From Candidatus Theseobacter exili (GTDB taxonomy: Bacteria > Auribacterota > JACPWU01 > Theseobacterales > Theseobacteraceae), in the NCBI GenBank assembly GCA_030765365.1, contig JAVCCS010000026.1, forward strand, positions 1 to 19,640: a stretch of DNA of 19,640 nucleotides, written 5' to 3'. Under the pieces are notes generated by a model. It had not been told where the DNA came from, searched no databases, and saw nothing but the letters and a program-made list of their open reading frames with translations. Position numbers and translations under genes: made by a program. How positions within the stretch are numbered: position 1 is the stretch's first letter; the number at the start of each line of letters is the position of its first letter. This document shows, one piece after another, positions 1 to 6,874 of the stretch.

Positions 1-1
1 A

Positions 2-232
2 CATTATTCTTTGGCAAAAGAAGGAATAAAAACGCTTCTTCAGGAAGAGGATCCAAAGATAGACAAAAATTTAATTAAGCAGATTGCTGACGAAGTAGCC
101 AGAGAAATCAGCGGCGAGCTAAAAAAGACAGTAAAGGGTTTGAAGATACCCGTTAGAGAAATAAGGGCGGTACAGGGAAAGAGGGACGAAGAGACGCGGG
201 AAGCGGTTAAAATAAAGACAGATTTTGAATAA
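2..232 (+). CDS. Hypothetical protein, 5' end probably truncated by the window edge; may be the 3' end of an upstream gvp-operon gene
   Basis: Frame is open from position 2; the ORF track begins at TTG 11. Stop TAA 230-232 sits 15 nt before the GvpF/L start, with the SD AAGGAG for the next gene in between. No family recognised. Confidence 0.35.
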   Translation, partial: HYSLAKEGIKTLLQEEDPKIDKNLIKQIADEVAREISGELKKTVKGLKIPVREIRAVQGKRDEETREAVKIKTDFE

Positions 233-247
233 AGGAGAAGGTGCGGG

Positions 248-1027
248 GTGGAAACATCTGTGAAAGAAGGTAAATATATTTATTGTATAATGGCGGCCGC
301 GGATTTGCCGGGCGGAACAAAAACTTTCAAATCGCTTGGAATCGGCGGGAGAGATGATGAGATATATGCTGTCGTTTATAGCGATATCGCCGCTGTAGTA
401 AGCAATTCGCCCATTGTGGCTTATTCCGTATCCAGAGAAAATATGATCGCTCATGAAAAGGCGATCGAAGAAGTGATGAAAGAGTATACGATTTTACCTG
501 TGAGATTTTGTACAATCGCCAAAGACGAAAAGACAGTGAAAACCATTTTAGAAAAGGGATATGGTAAATTCAAGGATATGCTGACGAAAATAGAGGGTAA
601 AAAAGAACTCGGTCTAAAAGCAGTATTTAACGCGGATGCCGTTTATGGCGATATTGTAGAAAAACATAAAGATATAAAAAGATTAAAAGAGAAGCTTAAA
701 GATCTGCCTGCCGATAAGACATATTACGAACGTGTAGAGATAGGCAGAATGGTGGAAAATGCTTTAGGAGAAGAAAGGGAGATCTATAAGGATGATATCT
801 TAAGCGCTCTTTCTCCGTTGGCAATAGAAACCAAGACCAATAATACGTATGGCGAAAAAATGATTGTCAATGCCGCCTTTTTGGTGGAGAAACAGAGAGA
901 AACAGAATTTGACCAAAAGGTTGATGAGCTTGGCGCAAAATACGGTGATACACTAAAATTTAAGTATGTAGGAACATTGCCGCCGTTTAATTTTGTTAAT
1001 CTAATAATTGAAACAGGAGGATACTAA
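248..1027 (+). CDS. gvpF: Gas vesicle protein GvpF/GvpL family
   Basis: GTG start with AAGGAG 10 nt upstream. The N-terminal GKYIYCIM..., ...AHEKAIEEVM...ILPVRFCT and C-terminal PPFNF are the conserved pattern of the GvpL_GvpF family. Confidence 0.8.
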   Translation: METSVKEGKYIYCIMAAADLPGGTKTFKSLGIGGRDDEIYAVVYSDIAAVVSNSPIVAYSVSRENMIAHEKAIEEVMKEYTILPVRFCTIAKDEKTVKTILEKGYGKFKDMLTKIEGKKELGLKAVFNADAVYGDIVEKHKDIKRLKEKLKDLPADKTYYERVEIGRMVENALGEEREIYKDDILSALSPLAIETKTNNTYGEKMIVNAAFLVEKQRETEFDQKVDELGAKYGDTLKFKYVGTLPPFNFVNLIIETGGY

Positions 1028-1276
1028 ATGTTCTTAATTGACAATATATTGCTTGCGCCATTAAATGGTGTAATTTGGGTAGGCAAAAAGATTAATGAGG
1101 TTATAGAAAAGGAGTTTTCTGATGAAGGACTAATAAAAGAAAAACTCATGCAATTACAGATGCGCTTTGAGATGGATGAAATAACTGAAAAAGAATATAA
1201 CACTCAGGAAAAAGAACTTTTAGACCGGTTAGACGATATTAAAAAAGCAAAAGAAAAGGGGTATGAATATGACTGA
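1028..1276 (+). CDS. gvpG: Gas vesicle protein GvpG
   Basis: ATG lies immediately after the gvpF stop and is preceded by AGGAGGA. The N-terminus MFLIDNILLAPLNGVIWVGKKI matches the hydrophobic GvpG signature. About 80 aa, as expected for GvpG. Confidence 0.75.
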   Translation: MFLIDNILLAPLNGVIWVGKKINEVIEKEFSDEGLIKEKLMQLQMRFEMDEITEKEYNTQEKELLDRLDDIKKAKEKGYEYD

Positions 1277-1532
1277 TATAACCCACGTTGGAAAAACTGT
1301 AAGCGATTTTTTAAAAGCCACACTTAATGTAAAAGAGGTAAAGGTTACTAAGGTGACCAAGGCCGATGAAAGTTGGGATACTGAGGCAGAGGTTTATGAA
1401 GCGAGTTCTTTCATAAAAGCTCTTGGGCTAAACACTAAAGTGCAGGATAGGAATTTCTATGAGGTTAAATTGAATAACAAGCTGGAAGTTGAATCTTATG
1501 GACGAAAAGACCAGCTGGGACAGAGTGAATAA
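1263..1532 (+). CDS. gvpO: GvpO-like gas vesicle accessory protein (tentative)
   Basis: Overlaps the gvpG end and the next start (TAATG). The ESWDTEAEVYE...RNFYEVKLNNKLEVESY pattern resembles the GvpO W...EVVE / YEI.LD..GEV motifs. Assignment from memory only. Confidence 0.5.
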   Translation: MNMTDITHVGKTVSDFLKATLNVKEVKVTKVTKADESWDTEAEVYEASSFIKALGLNTKVQDRNFYEVKLNNKLEVESYGRKDQLGQSE

Positions 1533-2326
1533 TGGACCTTATTTATTTGTATTATGTCACAAGGACAAAACCAAACCGCAGTAACCTTGAAGATATAGGC
1601 GCCGAAATCTGCCCAATTTATTTTCAAGATACCTATGCGGTTGTTAGTAAAGTGTCCAAAGATGAGTTTAGTGAAGATAATCTAAAGAAGAACTTGGCTA
1701 ATATGGAATGGGTAGAAAAAAGAATCCGACTGCATGAGAGGATAATCGAAGAAATTATGGAGAAGACAACAGTCCTGCCTTTTAAATTTGGGACAATTTT
1801 TGAATCCGGAGAGAATGTAGAAAAATTACTTAAAGAGCATAACGAAGAATATAAAAAAATAATTGCGAATTTAGAAGGAAAAGAGGAGTGGGGTATTAAG
1901 ATTTACTGCGATATAGAAAAATTAAAGGGATCTCTAACGTTAGAAAATGATGAGATTTCCAAGATAGATAAAGAGATCAGCTCTTCTTCTCCGGGTAAGG
2001 CGCATCTTTTAAAGAAGAAAAAAAATGAGCTTATAAAAAATGTTATAAATGAAGTAATTTCTGGATATACACAAGATAGTTTTGAGCAATTTATAAAAAT
2101 AAGTCTAGAAACAAAGATTAATAAAATATTACCCAAAGAGGTAACTGAGAGGAAGGACAGTATGGTTTTAAACGCCGCCTTTCTAATAAATAAAGAGAGG
2201 GTAAAAGAATGCGGCGGCATATTAGGATATCTAAAAACTAAGTATGCTTCCAAAGGGTTCGTATTTGATTGGACCGGCCCATGGCCGCCATATAATTTTT
2301 GTGATTTACCAAAGGAACAGGTATAA
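1532..2326 (+). CDS. gvpL: Gas vesicle protein GvpL/GvpF family (second paralog)
   Basis: N-terminal LIYLYYV, ...LHERIIEEIMEKTTVLPFKFGT and C-terminal WPPYNF: the same family signature as 248-1027. Confidence 0.8.
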   Translation: MDLIYLYYVTRTKPNRSNLEDIGAEICPIYFQDTYAVVSKVSKDEFSEDNLKKNLANMEWVEKRIRLHERIIEEIMEKTTVLPFKFGTIFESGENVEKLLKEHNEEYKKIIANLEGKEEWGIKIYCDIEKLKGSLTLENDEISKIDKEISSSSPGKAHLLKKKKNELIKNVINEVISGYTQDSFEQFIKISLETKINKILPKEVTERKDSMVLNAAFLINKERVKECGGILGYLKTKYASKGFVFDWTGPWPPYNFCDLPKEQV

Positions 2327-2327
2327 A

Positions 2328-2543
2328 ATGGATAATATAGTTACAAAATCAAAAGATGTGACTCTTTTAGAAATTTTAGACAGGGTTCTGGATAAGGGAG
2401 TGGTTATATCAGGTGATATAGTCATTTCCGTAGCCGACGTGGATCTCATATATATAGGCTTAAAAGTTATGCTTAGTTCGGTGGAAACCATGGAGCGCTT
2501 AAGAGGAGCGCCTATTGAAGGACCTATGCAGGAGCCAACATGA
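2328..2543 (+). CDS. gvpJ: Gas vesicle shell protein family GvpA/GvpJ/GvpM (GvpJ-like)
   Basis: The internal ATG at 2328 follows AAAGGAACAGG. TLLEILDRVLDKGVVISGDIVISVADVDLIYIGLKVMLSSVETM is the canonical GvpA-family core. The 28-codon ORF extension upstream overlaps gvpL and is not coding. Confidence 0.8.
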   Translation: MDNIVTKSKDVTLLEILDRVLDKGVVISGDIVISVADVDLIYIGLKVMLSSVETMERLRGAPIEGPMQEPT

Positions 2544-2863
2544 ATAAACCGTCCGTAGTCATAACAGTTAAAGAGCTAGAGGAAGTTAAAAATGCCAATC
2601 CCGAAAAGATCAATATTGACCCTAAAAATGTGGAGAAAGGGTTGGCAAAACTTGTTCTCACACTTGTAGAGTTGATTAGAAAACTTTTGGAAAAACAGGC
2701 GATAAAAAGGGTAGACGGAGGTTCTCTTTCGGATGAAGAAATAGAAAAAATCGGTGAAACTCTAATGAATCTGGAGAAAAAGATGAAGGAATTAAAAGAA
2801 ATTTTCGGTCTTAAAGACGAAGAGTTGAATATAAATTTAGGTCCTTTGGGAGATTTGCTATGA
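2540..2863 (+). CDS. gvpK: Gas vesicle protein GvpK
   Basis: ATGA overlap with gvpJ. LAKLVLTLVELIRKLLEKQAIKRV...NINLGPLGDLL matches the GvpK family pattern. Confidence 0.75.
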   Translation: MNKPSVVITVKELEEVKNANPEKINIDPKNVEKGLAKLVLTLVELIRKLLEKQAIKRVDGGSLSDEEIEKIGETLMNLEKKMKELKEIFGLKDEELNINLGPLGDLL

Positions 2864-2875
2864 GGGAGGGAAAAT

Positions 2876-3145
2876 ATGCATGAACATGAAGGAGAAGCAA
2901 AAATAAATTGTCCAACATTTCAGAAACAAGAACCAATAATGAAGGGACTTACAAATAAAATTAATACAAATAAAGAGATACAGGAGAAAGCAAAATTTGC
3001 TGAAGAGCTCCAAAAAGAAGTAGCGGTTCTGCTTTCTTGCCCGGATCATAAGAGCGAAAATTTAGACTGTAAGAATTGCCATTTCATTGCAATGTTACGC
3101 AAGAAGGCCGCGGATTTAATAATAAAGGCCAAAAAACTGGTATAA
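2876..3145 (+). CDS. Small Cys/His-rich hypothetical protein, last gene of the gvp operon
   Basis: Strong SD GAGGGAGGG precedes the ATG. It has 4 Cys (CPTF, CPDH, CKNC) and several His, and is followed by a hairpin. No family recognised. Confidence 0.5.
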   Translation: MHEHEGEAKINCPTFQKQEPIMKGLTNKINTNKEIQEKAKFAEELQKEVAVLLSCPDHKSENLDCKNCHFIAMLRKKAADLIIKAKKLV

Positions 3146-3152
3146 AAAAGTA

Positions 3153-3186
3153 ACACCCCGCACTTATAAGGAATTGTGCGGGTGTG
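3153..3186 (+). terminator. Candidate stem-loop downstream of the gvp operon (weak intrinsic terminator)
   Basis: ACACCCCGCAC...GTGCGGGTGTG near-perfect inverted repeat with a 12-nt loop. No clean U-tract follows, so efficiency is uncertain. Confidence 0.3.
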
Positions 3187-3447
3187 CCCCTTGTGGGCGA
3201 AGCTGGCTCAATAAAAAACGAACCAAACTGGAAAGCCCAATCTAGTTCGTTAAATATTTTTGGCTCCCGTATTGGACGACTTTCGCAACTGGTTGGTGAC
3301 TGAGTCGGATGCTTTTCTGTTGTTGAAAGAGAAGTTGTAAAAAAATACTACATAGCTATCTGCTTGGCATTAGATGTCTTTTTAGATAATAATACCCACC
3401 AAAATAAGTATTGAATTGTTGTTTTGGATGCCCAATAATATACATTC

Positions 3448-3816
3448 ATGAGTAAGATGGGGAAAATAGAAAAAGAAAATAAATTAAGGTTGTTTATGAA
3501 ACAGAATTCTTCTAAAAAATGGGATGAGTGTGAAAACCCGGAACCAGAGGATACTCCAGAAAGCCAAAAAACGGAAGGTTTTGTTCCTTTTTATGACGCT
3601 CTACGCCAAGTAGGAGTGAATGAAATTAAAATTGTTACAAAATTACCTTGGTATAAAGTTCTTTTATATAAAATAACTGGAAGAGAAATTCCTCTCCCGA
3701 TTGAAGAGGGCTGGGTTGATCAAATGGAGAAGCAGGAAAAAGAGTTCATAGAAGAACAGAAAAAACCAAAAGAACCTATCCCTGGTTGGAATAAGATAGA
3801 TCATATTGATGGATAA
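3448..3816 (+). CDS. Hypothetical acidic protein (start ambiguous: ATG 3448, 3457 or 3496)
   Basis: ORF of 122 aa. There is no SD before 3448, but a -35 TTGAAT/-10 AATAAT pair ends about 8 nt upstream, so it may be leaderless. Alternative ATG 3496 has AAGG upstream. No family recognised. Confidence 0.45.
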   Translation: MSKMGKIEKENKLRLFMKQNSSKKWDECENPEPEDTPESQKTEGFVPFYDALRQVGVNEIKIVTKLPWYKVLLYKITGREIPLPIEEGWVDQMEKQEKEFIEEQKKPKEPIPGWNKIDHIDG

Positions 3817-3957
3817 AAGACTTTTGAAGTTATCATTGTTCAAAATTTGATTTATGAATTTTCTTAGAAAAAATTAATGTGGTTCATTGTTGCATAAAAT
3901 GAGTTGAATAATAAATTAGTAGTTTATTAAGTTCCTTTGACTCGAGGAGTGCTTACT

Positions 3958-4329
3958 ATGAAATTGTTTATTTATCTTGAAAAGACAATTGCTGTAGCAT
4001 TTGGTATCGTACTATTTTTGATAACACTAAGAGGTTCTAATGATTTATTTGGTATTTCAAAATTTGCAGATAAAATCTATTTTACTGATGAGTTGAATTT
4101 TAAAAGAAATATTCTTGCACCTACATACAAGTGTGGCGAAATAGATGTTGACGATGCAAAAGAAATTCTTGCAGATTATCAACAAGAGCATTGGTTTAGA
4201 CACAGTATTGCTGTAGTTATCATTCTTTTAAACGGAATTTGCTCTCTTGCCCTTTCAATATTTACAATAATGCAGCTTTATGAGAAATATAGACTGTTGA
4301 GATTTAGAGAACGATTATTTGTCGAATGA
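3958..4329 (+). CDS. Small membrane protein with two predicted TM helices (alternative start 3937)
   Basis: Hydrophobic segments TIAVAFGIVLFLITL and HSIAVVIILLNGICSLALSIFTIM flank a soluble region of about 70 aa. GGAG lies upstream of ATG 3958. Confidence 0.5.
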   Translation: MKLFIYLEKTIAVAFGIVLFLITLRGSNDLFGISKFADKIYFTDELNFKRNILAPTYKCGEIDVDDAKEILADYQQEHWFRHSIAVVIILLNGICSLALSIFTIMQLYEKYRLLRFRERLFVE

Positions 4330-4400
4330 TTTCTTCTTAAGCCGTTAAAAGGAATCAAAAATTCAAGCAATAATAACCTGGTAGTTAATGGAATTTGATT

Positions 4401-5120
4401 ATGGAGGGGTTAACAAAAAGGAAATTTTGGCTAATAAATGTTTATTTCGATAAGCCATATTCTTTTAAGAAATCACATTACATTAGTACTATTGCGCTTG
4501 ATATGCTTAAGTTGCATTGTAGCGATGCTAAACAAATGGTTTCTTCTTTGATCTCGAAAAATATCCTTAGTCAGTCGCCTGATGGAAATAAAGTAAAGTT
4601 TACCGAATACGGTGTGGAATCTTATTTATCAATGAAAAATGCTCAAAAAGAATGGGAAAACCAGCCTATTATAAGGACTGCCACTATTGATCAAAAACAA
4701 ATAATTATTAATGCGGATGAAAAGTACAAAGCTGATCGTATACTTCGGGACATAGTTCAGGAGGCAAGGACAGAACTTTGCATTATTGATGCCTACTTAG
4801 GGTGTAATATTTTTGACTTGATAGTAGACTTGACTCCTTGTATTAAAGCACGTTTGATTTCTTCCAACAAAACATCAAAAACAGTTTTTACTACATATAA
4901 GGCAATTCGAGAGAAGAATCCGGGCATTGAGCTTCGGATTACGGACGAGGGGAAGATTCATGATCGGTACATATTATTGGATGGAAATAAAGCTTATCAT
5001 TTCGGTCATTCATTCAAGGATCTTGGTAGTAAGGATACACAGATTAATAGTGTTAATGATATTATATTACAGTATGATAATTTTGAGAAAAGGTGGGCAA
5101 AATCTACAAAAGTTGAATAA
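4401..5120 (+). CDS. Winged-helix N-terminal domain fused to a divergent PLD-like (H-x-R-x4-D) domain; possible nuclease (ORF also open from TTG 4395)
   Basis: The N-terminus is wHTH-like (ALDMLKLHCSDAKQMVSSLISKNIL...DGNKVKFTEYG). The C-terminus has ELCIIDAYLG...IFDLIVDL...ARLISS then KIHDRYILLDGNKAYHFGHS, resembling the PLD HxKx4Dx6GS motif with K replaced by R. A PD-(D/E)xK fold cannot be excluded. Confidence 0.5.
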   Translation: MEGLTKRKFWLINVYFDKPYSFKKSHYISTIALDMLKLHCSDAKQMVSSLISKNILSQSPDGNKVKFTEYGVESYLSMKNAQKEWENQPIIRTATIDQKQIIINADEKYKADRILRDIVQEARTELCIIDAYLGCNIFDLIVDLTPCIKARLISSNKTSKTVFTTYKAIREKNPGIELRITDEGKIHDRYILLDGNKAYHFGHSFKDLGSKDTQINSVNDIILQYDNFEKRWAKSTKVE

Positions 5121-5154
5121 TAACTGTCCTGTTTAACACTAATAGATTAGTAAT

Positions 5155-6102
5155 ATGAATATAATATCCATGAGTTACAAAGAGTTAAGACTTAGAGATG
5201 CAGTTTTAACCGCAATAAATAAAATACCAAATAGATATTTGGGATATACTTTTTGGGATTTTTCCAAAATGACAACTGTTCCAGATGAGTTAGTAAATTA
5301 TCATCCTCAAAGTATTCGACATATATTTCATGAACTTGAAAAAGATGGAATAATTGTTGCTTATAACTCTGAGCAAAATACACAAAAGAGACAGCATGTA
5401 TTAACATTTGAGGTGAAGGATTGTTTTGAAAATATATATTTTGCTTGGTGTCGTCAAAAAGAGATTTGTTTTGATGATTTGAGTTTTATGAAAAGGGAGG
5501 TCATTCATGATTTCCTTAAAGAAATATATTGTGAATTTGAGCTTTCATCAAATACAAAAATGAAATTTAAAGCTCCAGAAGATATCAATATTTTATTTTA
5601 CCTATTGCATAATCACGTTTTTGAATCATTTGTACATAACTATGACTACATACCTGAACCGTGTGTAGATATTGAGATAAATGCAAAAATCTTTCTAAAT
5701 TTTCTTCTTGAAATAGAGAAACAAAATAGTAATACAGATACAAGCAATAAGATTCAGTTTCCAATACAATGCAGTTGGGAGGATATTGCTATTAATTTTT
5801 TAGATGGCCATTATGTAAAGATTTCAGCTGCTGATTATAAAGATAGATTTAATTTTGTAGAAATGGGTTTTGAAAACAAGAATACTCGTCTACCTAACAA
5901 GCAATGGTTGTTATTAGAGTTATTAGCCAATAGTAACGGTTGTATTGATTGGGAAGATACTGAAGCCAACTCAAAACTCAAAAAGCAAAAGCAGTTACTT
6001 TCAAAGAAACTGCAGTTGTTTTTTAATATTCATTCAGATCCTTTTTATCCTTATCATAAAGAAAAATCTTACCGCATTAAAATCAAACTTATACCGTATT
6101 GA
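5155..6102 (+). CDS. Hypothetical 315-aa protein with two winged-helix-like segments (RepA-like architecture?)
   Basis: N-terminal SIRHIFHELEKDGIIVAYNSEQNTQKRQHVLTFE and C-terminal QWLLLELLANSNGCIDWED...KLKKQKQLLSKKLQ both look wHTH-like. Starts 34 nt after the previous gene. No confident family. Confidence 0.45.
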   Translation: MNIISMSYKELRLRDAVLTAINKIPNRYLGYTFWDFSKMTTVPDELVNYHPQSIRHIFHELEKDGIIVAYNSEQNTQKRQHVLTFEVKDCFENIYFAWCRQKEICFDDLSFMKREVIHDFLKEIYCEFELSSNTKMKFKAPEDINILFYLLHNHVFESFVHNYDYIPEPCVDIEINAKIFLNFLLEIEKQNSNTDTSNKIQFPIQCSWEDIAINFLDGHYVKISAADYKDRFNFVEMGFENKNTRLPNKQWLLLELLANSNGCIDWEDTEANSKLKKQKQLLSKKLQLFFNIHSDPFYPYHKEKSYRIKIKLIPY

Positions 6103-6115
6103 TAATTCTCTAACC

Positions 6116-6136
6116 GGGAAAACAACCTTTTCCCGT
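6116..6136 (+). terminator. Hairpin downstream of the 315-aa gene
   Basis: CGGGAAAA-CAACC-TTTTCCCG, a perfect 8-bp stem, followed by a T-rich stretch. Confidence 0.35.
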
Positions 6137-6246
6137 GAATTTCGTTGTCTTATTAAAAAAAAATCTGATTTTTTTTGGTTCATATTTCCGTACAAATCCA
6201 CAATTTAGTGAAATTTCGCCATTTTAGGGTAAAAGGACATTTAATA

Positions 6247-6414
6247 ATGGCGAAGTTTTCAGACAAATATCTCAAACAAACTATTGAAGTATGGAAACCA
6301 TACTATCCAGAGGTTCTTACTTTCGAAGATGCTCGTGAAATAGCTGAAAACACCATTGGTCTGTATAAACTCATTATGGAATTGGAAGGACATGAAGATC
6401 AGGCGAAAGTTTAA
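6247..6414 (+). CDS. Small hypothetical protein (55 aa)
   Basis: ATG 6247 has AAAGGAC upstream. Overlaps the next gene by 23 nt in another frame. The longer ORF from 6175 is unlikely because it spans the A9/T8 tracts. Confidence 0.35.
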   Translation: MAKFSDKYLKQTIEVWKPYYPEVLTFEDAREIAENTIGLYKLIMELEGHEDQAKV

Positions 6415-6814
6415 TGTTGGACTAATTAAGAAAACATTGTGTTACTCCACAAATGAAATAGCTGAATTGTTTTCTATACATAAAAGAACTGTTCAAACGT
6501 TGTACAAAGAAGGTCTTATGAAAATTGATGATAGAAAACCTTTTTTGGTAAAAGGGGCTGATTTGGTGGCCTTTATTAAAACTCGCCAGAAACAACATAA
6601 GAAGAAATGCGAGCAAACTGAAATGTATTGCTGTAAATGTCATTTGCCCAGGAAACCATTATCTGGAACTGTTGAATTAATTTTTATCAATAAAAGACAG
6701 ATTCAGTTACAAGCTTTTTGTTCGATATGTAAGACAAAAATCTTTAAGTTTATTAAGCCTGCGAAGTTAGAAGAGTATAAAAAAATATTTATGGTGAATA
6801 AGAGGCAATATTAA
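6392..6814 (+). CDS. Putative DNA-binding protein: HTH plus Cys-rich zinc-ribbon-like region
   Basis: GGAAGGA SD before ATG 6392. HTH-like STNEIAELFSIHKRTVQTLYKEGL. CCKCH...CSICK cysteine pairs. Confidence 0.45.
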   Translation: MKIRRKFNVGLIKKTLCYSTNEIAELFSIHKRTVQTLYKEGLMKIDDRKPFLVKGADLVAFIKTRQKQHKKKCEQTEMYCCKCHLPRKPLSGTVELIFINKRQIQLQAFCSICKTKIFKFIKPAKLEEYKKIFMVNKRQY

Positions 6815-6874
6815 GACTTATCTTAGTCTGTTGATTGTCTCGTAAACACTGACAAGAAGTAGAGGTGAAAAGAT

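Noticed and set aside
119-515. Two minus-strand ORFs (111 and 62 aa) inside the gvpF region
   Set aside because: They are antisense to a well-supported GvpF/L gene. Their composition is low-complexity and they have no SD, so they are spurious.
2244-2327. 28-codon N-terminal extension of the gvpJ-like ORF
   Set aside because: It overlaps the gvpL 3' end. A conserved GvpA-family core begins right after the internal ATG at 2328, which has its own SD.
1903-2491. Minus-strand ORFs of 116 and 61 aa
   Set aside because: They are antisense to gvpL and gvpJ. The F- and S-rich translations reflect the mirror of AT-rich coding sequence.
2858-3049. 63-aa minus-strand ORF
   Set aside because: It is antisense to the Cys-rich ORF and the gvpK end. 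It is hydrophobic junk with no signals.
3261-3310. Possible second, degraded tRNA on the minus strand (ends ...GGGAGCCA)
   Set aside because: Only the acceptor-end heptamer resembles a tRNA. There is no T-arm (GTTCGAA-type) or anticodon arm, so it is treated as a short att-like repeat instead.
4927-5136. 69-aa plus-strand ORF overlapping the end of the PLD-like gene
   Set aside because: It is out of frame inside a longer, motif-bearing ORF.
5945-6208. 87-aa ORF spanning the 3' end of the 315-aa gene and the downstream hairpin/A-T tracts
   Set aside because: It runs through a terminator-like hairpin and homopolymer tracts. It is out of frame with the real gene.
6356-6391. N-terminal extension (MVCINSLWNWKD) of the HTH/Zn-ribbon ORF
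   Set aside because: The internal ATG at 6392 has a good SD (GGAAGGA). The extension would overlap the upstream small ORF more deeply.
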